Assembly: GCA_021825465.1 (NCBI GenBank)
Contig: JAKAGX010000001.1
Location: forward strand, 5,347-69,346
Reading direction: 5' to 3'
Length of the DNA stretch: 64,000 nt
Origin: a bacterium
Lineage (GTDB): Bacteria > Patescibacteriota > Minisyncoccia > UBA6257 > GWB1-50-10
Positions 9,905-19,820 of this stretch are shown piece after piece. The translations under genes were made by a program, and so were the position numbers. Position 1 is the stretch's first letter. Each line of letters opens with the position of its first letter. The notes beneath the pieces were generated by a model. It saw only the letters and a program-made list of their open reading frames with translations, was not told the DNA's origin and did not search any database.

Positions 9905-10083
9905 AGTTTCAAACAAAAATCCCGTTCTTGGAATTATTCCCGGTTCGTACCAGGTGGGTCTTCTAAGTTCGACCCTTAAGAAAATTTTGAAAATTCTCTG
10001 TCGAGCCGAATCAAGTTGAAGTCCCAATGTAATTGAATAATCCGGAATTCACATTGAACGGGACATTCATATTATACCACGAT

Positions 10084-11160
10084 CTAAAGATCGAGCACCT
10101 TGACTACTTGATGTAAGAATGACACAACGACGGGGGCCGGAAGCAAGCTCACAGAAGGCTTGCCGTTATCGTCCGGAACCACCCATGGCTCCTCGATAAC
10201 ATTCACTTCTTTCTTCGCGGGATCCCATTCATAGCGGTAGCCGGGCGTTACCTCATAATCATCGACATATTCCTTTGCAACGTCCGCCGGGATCGAATTC
10301 CGAAGGTAGATCTTCGGCACGCCTTCAAGCTTCACAAGCGTCCGCATAACGGCATCATCCACCTCGATACGGTCTCGGATCGCTTCGATGCCGAGTTCAT
10401 CCCCTTCTTTCGGGACCATGCGCTTCCCGCCGCACGCCGGGTTATCGCAAATGAGATAAAACTTCTTTTCAGCTTCGTCATATTCCACCTTCTTTGTTCT
10501 TAAGAGCCGCAGGTTCCTCGGCGTATGGCACACGGGACAAACGACGCGGTACTTCATCCGCTCGTCGATGATCGGCTCCGGCAGATCGATGAACGCCAAA
10601 AAGTCCGGATCGTCGCGGTATCCCATCAGTTCGCGGAAGTACAAGGAGTACGAAACTTGATCCAAGCTCCGGGGAAAACCATCCACGAAGATCGCTTTGT
10701 GCTCGCTCTTTGCGATCTCCCGCTCCACAAGAGCAAGGATGAATTCGGTCGGCAAAAGCGAGGAGGTCGATCGCCCCGACAAAGCGTTGAACGCTTCATC
10801 GAGCGACATCGTTCCCCGATACTTTTCTTTCAAATAATCCGCCAATTCCTCTTTTTTCGCCGGGTCTTCCATATCCTCGTGCGCGGCGCGCACGATATCG
10901 CCGACCGACACGTGGCGCAAATGCTCGGAACCGACGGCTTCCATAAAAAGCTTCGAGTAGGTCCCCTTTCCCGAGTTTTTCTTCCCGAGAAGAATGCCGA
11001 GGAATGAATTTCCCCCGTCCAAGTATGCCTTGATCCTTTCGATTTGCGGGCCTGCCTTCAGCGCAAAATATTTTTTCCGTTCGACCGGATCATCCAGCGC
11101 GAATGTTTGGCTTGCTCCTTCGACCTTCGTCTTGAACAATGGGAACTCGAAATCTTTCAT
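10084..11160 (-). CDS. extended adenylate kinase-like nucleoside monophosphate kinase
   Basis: P-loop GKKNSGKGT, HVSVGDIVR, DGFPRS..Q, Zn-lid CPVC...CDNPAC. Confidence 0.8.
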   Translation of the reverse strand: MKDFEFPLFKTKVEGASQTFALDDPVERKKYFALKAGPQIERIKAYLDGGNSFLGILLGKKNSGKGTYSKLFMEAVGSEHLRHVSVGDIVRAAHEDMEDPAKKEELADYLKEKYRGTMSLDEAFNALSGRSTSSLLPTEFILALVEREIAKSEHKAIFVDGFPRSLDQVSYSLYFRELMGYRDDPDFLAFIDLPEPIIDERMKYRVVCPVCHTPRNLRLLRTKKVEYDEAEKKFYLICDNPACGGKRMVPKEGDELGIEAIRDRIEVDDAVMRTLVKLEGVPKIYLRNSIPADVAKEYVDDYEVTPGYRYEWDPAKKEVNVIEEPWVVPDDNGKPSVSLLPAPVVVSFLHQVVKVLDL

Positions 11161-11172
11161 GGTTTTGTTTTT

Positions 11173-12588
11173 TTATTTCTTTTTATTTTTTTCTTCGACG
11201 CTTATGTGCAGCTCTTTCAATTGGTCTTTTGAAACTTCCGACGGCGCATCCATCATAAGGTCTTTGCCGTCGCCGGTCTTCGGGAACGCGATGACCTCGC
11301 GGATGTTCGGCTCTTCCTGGAGGATCGCGATCAATCGATCGAGGCCCGAAGCGATGCCGCCGTGGGGCGGAACGCCGTATGAGAATGCTTCGAGGAGGTG
11401 GCCGAACTTTTCCCGTACGTCCTCCGGTTTGTTCCCCATAGCCTCAAAGACGGCCGCGAGGAGCTCGGGATCCGTCGTCCGGATGCTGCCGCCCGCGATC
11501 TCGTAGCCGTTCAAAACGAGGTCGTACTGGAGCGCGGTGATCTTTTCGGGAGCCTCCTTGAAAAGCTTCATGAATTCATCCTTGTCCTTCACGTCGGGCT
11601 TCGTGAACGGATGGTGCACCGCATCCCACCGATGCTCCGTTTCTTTCCACTCGAACATCGGAAAATTCACGACGAACGCAAAAGCAAGCTCGTTCGGATC
11701 TTCTTTGTTGTCGCGGAGATCCGGCTTGTCGGAATTGTATTTCGCCATCACGTCGGCGTAGTTCAAGCGCGGGAAGGGAGATTTTTGTATCCTCTTTCCG
11801 GGATACAATTCTTTTACCATCTTTGTGTACAGACCTTCAATGAGCCCCAAAACTTCATCCTGCGACGTGAAGCTCATTTCGACGTCAAGCTGCGTGAATT
11901 CAGGCTGCCGGTCGCCCCGCGTGTCTTCGTCCCGGAAGCATCGTGCGATTTGAAAATACTTTTCAAGGCCCGCGACCATTAAAAGCTGCTTGTACTGCTG
12001 GGGCGACTGCGGGAGCGCATAAAACTTACCCGGATAGAGGCGGCTCGGGATCAAGTAGTCCCGCGCTCCTTCCGGCGTCGACTTGCCGATATCAGGCGTT
12101 TCGACTTCAACGAAATCGCGTTCGGAAAGGTAATCGCGGATGAATTTATTGATCTTTGCGCGCATCACGAGATTTTGGCGCATGCGCGGACGGCGCAGAT
12201 CAAGGTAGCGGTATTTCATCCTCGTTTCCTCCCCGATCTCCCGTCCGTCCGACGTGAGGTCAAAGGGCGGCGTCTTCGCCTCTGAAACGATCTCGAGCCC
12301 CGTCGCTTGGAGCTCGTGGTAGCCGCTTTCGATCTTCGGGTTTTCCATGCCCGCCGGGCGCTTTCCGACAGTCCCCCTTACCGTCACGACCCATTCGGGC
12401 CTTAACTTTTCCGCGAGAGCATGAAGCTCTTTATTGCCCGGCGTAAAGACGACTTGGGCCACCCCCGTCCGGTCTCGGAGGTCGATGAAGATGAGTTTTC
12501 CGTGGTCACGCCGCACATCAACCCACCCCGTGAGCGCGGCCTCCTTTCCCTCATGATCCTTGATATCTCTCGATAAAACCCTATCCAT
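11173..12588 (-). CDS. aspS: aspartate--tRNA ligase (short, lacking GAD domain)
   Basis: GWVDVRRDHG, RYLDLRR, PEGARDY, ALPQSPQQYKQ, CFRDED.RGDRQPEFTQ, PPHGGIASGLDR. Confidence 0.96.
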   Translation of the reverse strand: MDRVLSRDIKDHEGKEAALTGWVDVRRDHGKLIFIDLRDRTGVAQVVFTPGNKELHALAEKLRPEWVVTVRGTVGKRPAGMENPKIESGYHELQATGLEIVSEAKTPPFDLTSDGREIGEETRMKYRYLDLRRPRMRQNLVMRAKINKFIRDYLSERDFVEVETPDIGKSTPEGARDYLIPSRLYPGKFYALPQSPQQYKQLLMVAGLEKYFQIARCFRDEDTRGDRQPEFTQLDVEMSFTSQDEVLGLIEGLYTKMVKELYPGKRIQKSPFPRLNYADVMAKYNSDKPDLRDNKEDPNELAFAFVVNFPMFEWKETEHRWDAVHHPFTKPDVKDKDEFMKLFKEAPEKITALQYDLVLNGYEIAGGSIRTTDPELLAAVFEAMGNKPEDVREKFGHLLEAFSYGVPPHGGIASGLDRLIAILQEEPNIREVIAFPKTGDGKDLMMDAPSEVSKDQLKELHISVEEKNKKK

Positions 12589-12611
12589 TGAGAGAAATTG
12601 TACCCGAAAAT

Positions 12612-13511
12612 CTACTGCACCGCAAACACGCCGATGTTTCCGGCGGCGGTTTTTTCCACTTTAACGATCCCCTTTTCGTCGGTCCGAAAAACCCGTACAC
12701 CGACCGCACCGAGTGCGGATACCGTCTCCGCCGACGGATGTCCGTAGGAATTTTTTCCGACTTCGATCACTGCAATGCTCGGAGAAACTATGCTGAAGAA
12801 TCTTTTCGACAACGACCCCCTCGAACCGTGATGAGCGACCTTCAAAACATCTACGCGACCGATGCGTCCGGCAAGCATTTCTTCGATCTTCAAACTCGCA
12901 TCGCTCATAAAGGCCGATTTTATATCTTCCGCATCGACCTCAATAACGATCGCCGAATCGTTCAGATCGCCTCCGGCAAGAAGCGCCTTATTGGGCGAAA
13001 GAACGCGAATTTCCGTTTTACCGACCATCATCCGGTCGCCTTCCGCAACGACGAGCGAAGCGACATTCTCTTCGTTTAAAATTTTTTTGAAAGCCTCGAA
13101 CGTTTCCGTCCCGCCGCTGACGCCGTTCCATAGAAATAAACCGACGCGATAGTTCTTTACGACATCCATAAGCCCGCCGAAATGATCGAATTCGGCATGC
13201 GTCATGATGACGACATCGAGAGAGCGATCAAGAGGGGGAAGGATCGCATCCAGCGATTCCAAAACCGCGGAGTTCGCCGGACCGCCGTCGATCAAAATCT
13301 TCGCTCCGCTCGCCGTCACAATAAGCTCGCTGTCCCCTTCGCCGACCGGCAGGAAATATTCGGCAAACGAACCTTCCCCGCCGACCGCACCGAAAGAAAA
13401 GATGCCGATCGCGCCGATAACCAAAAGAAGGGGCAGGAGCTTTTTAAAATGCCCGTCGACGAAGCCGGCGACGACCTTCAGTTCCTTTGCGCAATCCTTT
13501 TCTTTTTCCAT
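12612..13511 (-). CDS. ComEC C-terminal metallo-beta-lactamase-fold protein (separate gene)
   Basis: VGEGDS, LIDGG, THAEFDH, LKVAHHGS, NSYGHP, FRTD; start uncertain. Confidence 0.85.
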   Translation of the reverse strand: MEKEKDCAKELKVVAGFVDGHFKKLLPLLLVIGAIGIFSFGAVGGEGSFAEYFLPVGEGDSELIVTASGAKILIDGGPANSAVLESLDAILPPLDRSLDVVIMTHAEFDHFGGLMDVVKNYRVGLFLWNGVSGGTETFEAFKKILNEENVASLVVAEGDRMMVGKTEIRVLSPNKALLAGGDLNDSAIVIEVDAEDIKSAFMSDASLKIEEMLAGRIGRVDVLKVAHHGSRGSLSKRFFSIVSPSIAVIEVGKNSYGHPSAETVSALGAVGVRVFRTDEKGIVKVEKTAAGNIGVFAVQ

Positions 13512-14884
13512 ACGATGAATGCAATGAGGCAGCCGTAATACGCCGCCGTAAGCCATAGACTGAACGGCAGTCGGACCATGGCATGCAACCCGCCAAAAAA
13601 TTCGATGGTTGCCGTCTCGAATTTAAGAAGCGGGAATGCAAGAAACGACACGCCGAGAGCGATCGTCTGCGACACGAATCCGAGGAGCGCTTCCGCAAAT
13701 CCGAATGCCATGGTCGCCGGTATCAAGCTTAAAACGAGGACGTTCGAAACGAGGGACAGCGGCGAAATCGACCCGAAATGCGCCGCAATGATCGGAAGAA
13801 CCGCCGCTTGGTCAGCAAACGTCGACGATACATTACCCTTCCAATCCATGAAACTCTTACCGGGTGACGGCCTCACATACATGATGCCGAGGAAGGCCGC
13901 GAACGACAGTTCAAAGCCGACGTCGAAAACGAGGAGTTTCGGGTTCGCGATCAACATAAAAAATGCGGCAAGCATAATGACGTTCCGCGAATCGAAGAAG
14001 CGGCCGCTCTCGGTCGCGAAGAGGACGAGGAACCCCATGATGGCCGCACGAACGACCGATGCTTCCGCTCCGGTCATAACGACAAAAAGAAAAATGGCGA
14101 ACGAGGTGGCGCCAAATGCCCATGGCCGCGGCAAAAAGAGCAAAAAGACGGCCATTGCGCCGATCACGACGAGCGATACGTTGTAACCCGAGAGCGCCAC
14201 AAGGTGCGTTGTGCCGCTCGATTGCATGGCGGCAGTGAAATCTTCCGAAAAACCGCCGCGGTAGCCGAGGAGGAGGCCGGACATGAACGCGCTTTCTTTT
14301 TCCGGCAGCGTTCTTTTGAACGTATCGATCACCCGATCTCTCACCCCGAACAAGAAACGGCGCAATCCGCCGCCGACAGACATCGAAACGATCTCCGGAA
14401 AATCCGATGTCCCGACAATCCCTTCTTTTGCGAGGTAATCGGCGTACCCGCCCGACGGCGGACGCTCCACCGTCCCTTTCAGCGTCAAAACGTCGCCGAC
14501 GGAGACCGATACATATCTCCGGAGCGTTATGAGTATTTTTCCGCCGCAGTCGAGACCGATCACGGCTTTCGTTGATGAATAATCCGATGTTTCCACGTCG
14601 ACGACCTTTCCTCCAAAGGTGCCGCCCGCGCCGCATGCAACGGCCGCCGTCGCTCTCAAATTCATGTCGAATGCTTCCGCATAAAACGCCCCGCCGAAGA
14701 CAACGGGAGAAAGAAAAAGAAAAACCAGATATTTCTTTTCTTGTTTCCAAAAGAAAAGTGCAGCGGATGTGATGGCTGAAAAAATGATGACGGCCAAAAT
14801 GATCCAGCCGGCATGGATACTTGCAAGGAAAATGCCGAAAATAAAAAACGCGATCCCGAAGAAAAGGACGTTGTACGCCGGCAT
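13478..14884 (-). CDS. comEC: ComEC/Rec2 competence membrane protein
   Basis: SGTTHLVALSGYN, ASVVRAAIM, DVGFELSF, many TM helices; TATAAT 7 nt before MPAYN. Confidence 0.9.
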   Translation of the reverse strand: MPAYNVLFFGIAFFIFGIFLASIHAGWIILAVIIFSAITSAALFFWKQEKKYLVFLFLSPVVFGGAFYAEAFDMNLRATAAVACGAGGTFGGKVVDVETSDYSSTKAVIGLDCGGKILITLRRYVSVSVGDVLTLKGTVERPPSGGYADYLAKEGIVGTSDFPEIVSMSVGGGLRRFLFGVRDRVIDTFKRTLPEKESAFMSGLLLGYRGGFSEDFTAAMQSSGTTHLVALSGYNVSLVVIGAMAVFLLFLPRPWAFGATSFAIFLFVVMTGAEASVVRAAIMGFLVLFATESGRFFDSRNVIMLAAFFMLIANPKLLVFDVGFELSFAAFLGIMYVRPSPGKSFMDWKGNVSSTFADQAAVLPIIAAHFGSISPLSLVSNVLVLSLIPATMAFGFAEALLGFVSQTIALGVSFLAFPLLKFETATIEFFGGLHAMVRLPFSLWLTAAYYGCLIAFIVWKKKRIAQRN

Positions 14885-14926
14885 TTCCCTCATTATAGAG
14901 TTAAAAAGCTCTTTTCCTTTCCATAC

Positions 14927-15015
14927 TTATCCCCCAAAACCTTGGCCCCCCGGTCTCCCTCAAAAATTCGAGGAGAGCGGGGGGCCTGCAATTTTTGAAG
15001 GAGAGCGGGGGGCGG
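14927..15015. repeat. GC-rich palindrome with duplicated 3' arm
   Basis: 5' arm ggccccccggtctccctcaaaaatt; ggagagcggggggc occurs twice (about 14972 and 15000). Confidence 0.55.
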
Positions 15016-15036
15016 AAGTCGGTGGGGGCGGAAAAC

Positions 15037-16236
15037 TCAGGCGATCACGCCGCCGCCGAGGAGTTCACCCTTTTTCGAATAGAAGACGGCAGACTGGCCC
15101 GGCGCGACAAATTTAACCGGATCGTCGAAGACGATCTTAAAATCCTTTCCCTCTTTCTCGAGGCGAGCCTTCGCGAGCGGCTGCCGGTAGCGCACTCTCG
15201 CATAAACTATCGATTCTCCGTTATCCATTATCCGCTCCACCGTATTCACCTGGCGGAGATTCATCTCTTTTTTGAAAAGTGCCGGATTGTCGTCCCCTTC
15301 CGCGACGATGAGCGTGTTCGTTTTCAAATCCTTTCCCGCAACGTAGTACGGTTTATGATCGGGATTTTTTACCTTCAAATCGACGCCAAGATGCCGCTGG
15401 CCGATGGTATAGAAATAAATCCCTTCGTGCTGACCCACGACATCACCTTCGGTCGTGAGGATTTCGCCCGGCTTTTCCGGCAAATACTGTTTTAAAAAAT
15501 CCTCAAGGTCCACCTGGCCCAAGAAACAAATTCCCTGCGAGTCCTTTTTCTCCGCCGTCGGGAGCCCCGCCTTCCGCGCAATTTCACGCACCTCGAGTTT
15601 TGTATGCCCGCCGATCGGAAACAAACAATATTTGAGCTGCTCCGGCGTCAATGTCCACAAAAAATACGACTGATCCTTATTTTTATCCTTCGCTTCCATC
15701 AGAGAATAATTTACGAGCTTCCCCCCACGTTCCGAGCGGAACGTCTCGGAGGCGCGGGCGGCTTGGTCTCCGGAGGAGCGAACGCGCCGAGAGTCGAGGC
15801 TGCTTTTTTCCGCTGGAGAAAAAAGACGGCCGGTTCCGCGAGAAATGCGGCGGGAAGCGAGTCGTACGTAGTGTCCGGTCGCGATGTAATCCGCCCCCGC
15901 TGCGAGCGCTTTCTCGAGGAACAAGCCGAATTTGATATCCTTGTTGCACATGACGTCGGGATTCGGCGTAATGCCGTCGCGATAGGCGGAAACCATGTAA
16001 TCCACGACGTTTTCTTTGTATTCCCGCTCCATGTCGAACACATAGAACGGGATACCGAGGTGTTCGGCAGCCCGCCGGGCGTCCAGGGCATCGCGTTCCG
16101 CGCAACCATCCACGTTGTACCCGCGGATATAGACGCCTGTCACTTCGCAGCCTTGCCTTTTCAGCAAATACGCGGCAACCGACGAATCCACTCCACCGGA
16201 CATTCCAACAAATACTTTATTCTTTGACTTGGCCAT
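15037..16236 (-). CDS. mnmA: tRNA 2-thiouridylase MnmA with in-frame insertion
   Basis: GMSGGVDSSV, TPNPDVMCN, ATGHY, KDQSYFL, DSQGICF, PGQSAV; roughly 40-45 extra aa after ATGHYVRL. Confidence 0.96.
   Translation of the reverse strand: MAKSKNKVFVGMSGGVDSSVAAYLLKRQGCEVTGVYIRGYNVDGCAERDALDARRAAEHLGIPFYVFDMEREYKENVVDYMVSAYRDGITPNPDVMCNKDIKFGLFLEKALAAGADYIATGHYVRLASRRISRGTGRLFSPAEKSSLDSRRVRSSGDQAARASETFRSERGGKLVNYSLMEAKDKNKDQSYFLWTLTPEQLKYCLFPIGGHTKLEVREIARKAGLPTAEKKDSQGICFLGQVDLEDFLKQYLPEKPGEILTTEGDVVGQHEGIYFYTIGQRHLGVDLKVKNPDHKPYYVAGKDLKTNTLIVAEGDDNPALFKKEMNLRQVNTVERIMDNGESIVYARVRYRQPLAKARLEKEGKDFKIVFDDPVKFVAPGQSAVFYSKKGELLGGGVIA
15712..15866. repeat. ~150 bp structured palindromic element inside mnmA
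   Basis: Terminal imperfect IR (20/26) from 15717-15742 to 15833-15858, two internal hairpins; homologous to 61545-61694. Confidence 0.8.
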
Positions 16237-16263
16237 GAAATTGGTCTAAAATGGGTTTTTGTT

Positions 16264-16830
16264 ATGGCACGGTTATCCTACAACGAACTCAAAGTCGGCA
16301 CAATCTTCGTGAAAGACGGATCCCCTTACAAGGTCCTCGATTCGGCATTCGTCCGCATGCAACAGCGGAAACCCGTCATGCAACTCAAGATCGAAAACCT
16401 CGTGAGCGGCAAGGTGCAGGAATATGCAGCTCACCAAAACGAGGAATTCGAAGAAGCGGAGATCGAAGTGATGCCGGTCGTCTTTATCTATCAAAACCGT
16501 GGCGAATATTGGTTCAATGAAAAGGGCAATCCGAAAAACCGATTTCAACTGAAGGACGACATTTTGGGACAAGCGGCCCAATTCTTGAAGGCAAATACGG
16601 AACTCACCGCTTATAAATTCGACGGAAAGATCATCAACATCGAACTGCCGATCAAAATGGATCTCAAGGTGACCGAAGCGCCGCCCGCCATCAAGGGCAA
16701 TACCGCGCAAGGCGGCACCAAAACGGTAACCCTCGAAACCGGCGCAAAAGTGAACGTTCCCCTTTTCGTGGAGGAAGACGACACCGTGAAGGTCAACACG
16801 CAAACCGGCGAATATATCGAACGGCTTTAA
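16264..16830 (+). CDS. efp: elongation factor P
   Basis: PPAIKGNTAQGGTKTVTLETGAKVNVPLFV..GEYIER; loop reads RMQQRKP. Confidence 0.93.
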   Translation: MARLSYNELKVGTIFVKDGSPYKVLDSAFVRMQQRKPVMQLKIENLVSGKVQEYAAHQNEEFEEAEIEVMPVVFIYQNRGEYWFNEKGNPKNRFQLKDDILGQAAQFLKANTELTAYKFDGKIINIELPIKMDLKVTEAPPAIKGNTAQGGTKTVTLETGAKVNVPLFVEEDDTVKVNTQTGEYIERL

Positions 16831-18551
16831 GAACCGAGGTTCTTTAAAGACTCCTTGAGCGACTCGCGGAGCGATTCGATGTCGTGATTCCCCTCTTTGG
16901 GCCCTTTTGCCGATTTCGTCTCTTCTTTCAAATCCGCAAGTGAAATGGTTCCGGTATCCGGAGGCGTTTCCGCCGCTTCATCCCCGCCCACAATGGTCTG
17001 TTTTCTGGTGTTCACGGGTTTCTGCACCGGCTGCCGCCTGAAATTCTTCAAAAAAGGACGTCTTCGCTCGTAATGGCCGTTATGACCCGGATGGTTCTGC
17101 GTGCTCGGCACATTCGCCGCGGGCGATCCTCCTTTTTGATCTTCTTGGAATTCTATCCCAAGCTTCGCAAGATCCGAGAATCTTGAGGCAGTTTCTTTTT
17201 CTTCATGCCGGTGCTCGAACTTCCGTTCCGCCGCCTCATCTTCCTTCGGACCCATGATGCCGCTCCATCGATTGATCTCCTCCTCCACGGCCCACCGCGG
17301 ACGGGCATAGATCCTTCGCGAAGTCTCGATGATCTTTTCGGCGATCGCCGGAGACGATTCCAAATTGAACGGCGGCAAGGTCGTCGCCGAGAACGGGCGC
17401 GACGTGACGCCGTCCACCAAAAGCTTCAAATAAACGTGATAGTTGGGCAAATTCACGAGATCTTGCGCCATAAACTCGGGCTCGAACTCTTTTTCCAAAA
17501 ATTCCGCGTCGGCAGCTCCGACCCGGAACGATATCATGGTGCCGACGTTGCCGAACACAGCATCGCGGACCTTCGTTGAAACGTCCGTCACGAGCTGTCC
17601 CACATACTGATGAGCGAGAACGAGGTCCAACCGGTACTTCCGCGCTTCGGAGAGGATGTTCGCGAACGAATCGGTGGCAAAATTTTGGAATTCGTCGACG
17701 TAAAGGTAAAAGTCGACGCGTTCATCTTCCGGAATCCTCACCCGTTCCATCGCGGCAAGCTGCATCTTCGTGATGAGCATGGACCCTAAAAGCGCCGAAT
17801 TGTCTTCGCCGATCCTCCCTTTCGATACGTTCACGAGGAAGATCTTCCCCGTATTCATGATCTCGAAGATGTCGATCGTACTTTTTGATTGACCGACGAT
17901 ATTCCGGACGAGCGCAGTCGAAAGGAACTGGCCGACTTTGTTCTGGATCGGCGCGATGGCTTCGTTCCGGAACTGGTCGCGCCATTCCTCGAACTCGTTC
18001 ACCCAAAAGGCTTTCACGACCGGATCCTTGATATTGTCCACGATCTTTTGCCGGTATTCTTTGTCGACCAAAATGCGCGTGATGCCGAGCAAGGTTGTCC
18101 CGGGCGTATCGAGGAGCGCGAGGATGGCATTATTCAAAATGTATTCCATTCTCGCCGACCAAACGTTCGACCAAATCTTCGTGAAAATTCCCATGAGGCC
18201 CGACGCGACCAAGTGTTTGTACTTCGGATCGGGCAGCTCCAAAACATTGAAGCCGATGTGAAAATCGGTATCGGCCGGATTGAAGTAAATGACGTCCTGC
18301 AGCCGTTCCTCGGGGATCTTTTCAAGGAGACCTTCGACAAGTTCGCCGTGAGGGTCGACGACGCACAATCCTTCGCCGTTCGCAATATCCTGCACGATCA
18401 AGTTATTGAGCATCGCCGTTTTGCCGGTACCCGTCTTTCCGATCACATACATGTGCTGACGCCGGTCGCGGCGCTTGATGCCGAAAAGCTTGTTCGAGTT
18501 CCGGAAATCAACTCTCCCGAAGTATGCTACGTCTTTGTCGTTCTCGGCCAT
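16827..18551 (-). CDS. VirD4/TraG-like (type IV coupling protein / HerA-FtsK clan) ATPase
   Basis: DRRQHMYVIGKTGTGKT Walker A, DPHG, YVDEFQ Walker B, SEARKY, AVFGNVGT; low-complexity C-terminal tail. Confidence 0.88.
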   Translation of the reverse strand: MAENDKDVAYFGRVDFRNSNKLFGIKRRDRRQHMYVIGKTGTGKTAMLNNLIVQDIANGEGLCVVDPHGELVEGLLEKIPEERLQDVIYFNPADTDFHIGFNVLELPDPKYKHLVASGLMGIFTKIWSNVWSARMEYILNNAILALLDTPGTTLLGITRILVDKEYRQKIVDNIKDPVVKAFWVNEFEEWRDQFRNEAIAPIQNKVGQFLSTALVRNIVGQSKSTIDIFEIMNTGKIFLVNVSKGRIGEDNSALLGSMLITKMQLAAMERVRIPEDERVDFYLYVDEFQNFATDSFANILSEARKYRLDLVLAHQYVGQLVTDVSTKVRDAVFGNVGTMISFRVGAADAEFLEKEFEPEFMAQDLVNLPNYHVYLKLLVDGVTSRPFSATTLPPFNLESSPAIAEKIIETSRRIYARPRWAVEEEINRWSGIMGPKEDEAAERKFEHRHEEKETASRFSDLAKLGIEFQEDQKGGSPAANVPSTQNHPGHNGHYERRRPFLKNFRRQPVQKPVNTRKQTIVGGDEAAETPPDTGTISLADLKEETKSAKGPKEGNHDIESLRESLKESLKNLGS

Positions 18552-18563
18552 GGTAGTTACATT

Positions 18564-19820
18564 TTACAGTAAATTTTTATACTTCTCCAACAACTCTTCC
18601 GTCACGCCGTTCCGAAGACAAATATCCCGGTAAAGATGTGCCGAAGGGCGCATTTTTCTTTCGAGGGTTTTATAATCAACTTCGATAAGGCCAAATCGCG
18701 GCCAAAAACCTTCCCCCCACTCGAAATTATCCAAAAGAGACCAGTGGAGGTACCCTCTCACATCCACCCCGTTTTCGATTGCTCGATGGACCCGCTTCAA
18801 GGTTTCTACAATAAACCACGGCCGCTTAACATCCCCCTCGTCGGCCAAGCCGTTTTCCGTGATATAGATCGGCTTCCCGAACCGCTTGAGATCCATGAGT
18901 ACATGCTCCATCGACTCCGGATAAAGCTCCCACCCCAGATCTGAAAGGATTCGATTCTTCCGGTTCTTCCACCAGTGATCCATTTTATGGTGGAAGTAAT
19001 GGTTCAAACCGATGAAATCCTGATAATTGGCAATTCGGCCCAGGAAGTAGAAATTCCACCACCAGTCTGCAACCGCCTTAAAAATGTGCCCCGTAAAACT
19101 CCTCCGCGAAGCTTCGAAGTGCATGTTATGCGAAGCAATACCGATTTGCGCTTCCGGCGATATTCTTTTAATGACGTGGTACGCCGCAATGTGAGCTTTT
19201 ATGAGATTATGAAAAACTTTCAAATACGCGGAAGGGTTCATCTTCTGAGGCGGCCATTCTCCAATCAAAAAAGATTCGGCGCTGTAGACCTGCGGCTCAT
19301 TCAGCGTTATCCAAAACCGCACGTCGTGGCTCAACGCTGTAACCACTCGATCCGCATACCGCGCAAAATACTTCGGCATATGCTTCGATTCCCATCCCCC
19401 CTTGTCTCGGAGCCAGAGCGGGATCGGCCAATGCCAGATCGTGACGAACGGCTCAAGGCCGTTCGTCCGCGCCGAGCGAATGACATCCTGATAGTGTTGT
19501 ATTTCCCGCTCGTCGAATTTTCCTTCTTCCGGCTCGATACGCGACCATTCGAGCGAGAAACGCGTGGCATTGTGTCCCATTTCTTTTGCCATCTTGAAGT
19601 CGTCGTCAAACCGGTGATAATTGTCCGCCGCCATGCCGGAAATGAAATTATCCTCCCCGAATTTTTCGATCAGCTTTAGCTTTCTCAGGTGTTTCAGCCG
19701 CTTCTCCGACTTTTCCCACTCGCTCCAGTCATTCACCGTGCTGCCTTCAACTTGATGCGCCGCCGTGGAAGCGCCCCAGAAAAACCCTTTCGGGAAAATG
19801 AAACTATTTTGCTCTTTCAT
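18564..19820 (-). CDS. glycoside hydrolase family 1
   Basis: FFWGASTAAHQVEG, WITLNEP acid/base, YITENG nucleophile, WSLLDNFEW. Confidence 0.93.
   Translation of the reverse strand: MKEQNSFIFPKGFFWGASTAAHQVEGSTVNDWSEWEKSEKRLKHLRKLKLIEKFGEDNFISGMAADNYHRFDDDFKMAKEMGHNATRFSLEWSRIEPEEGKFDEREIQHYQDVIRSARTNGLEPFVTIWHWPIPLWLRDKGGWESKHMPKYFARYADRVVTALSHDVRFWITLNEPQVYSAESFLIGEWPPQKMNPSAYLKVFHNLIKAHIAAYHVIKRISPEAQIGIASHNMHFEASRRSFTGHIFKAVADWWWNFYFLGRIANYQDFIGLNHYFHHKMDHWWKNRKNRILSDLGWELYPESMEHVLMDLKRFGKPIYITENGLADEGDVKRPWFIVETLKRVHRAIENGVDVRGYLHWSLLDNFEWGEGFWPRFGLIEVDYKTLERKMRPSAHLYRDICLRNGVTEELLEKYKNLL

Noticed and set aside
15712-15866. mnmA/tgt inserts as inteins, self-splicing introns or tRNA genes
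   Set aside because: They are too short, lack intein N-terminal Cys/Ser and C-terminal His-Asn signatures and group I/II cores, and show no T-loop GTTCRA or CCA tRNA pattern.
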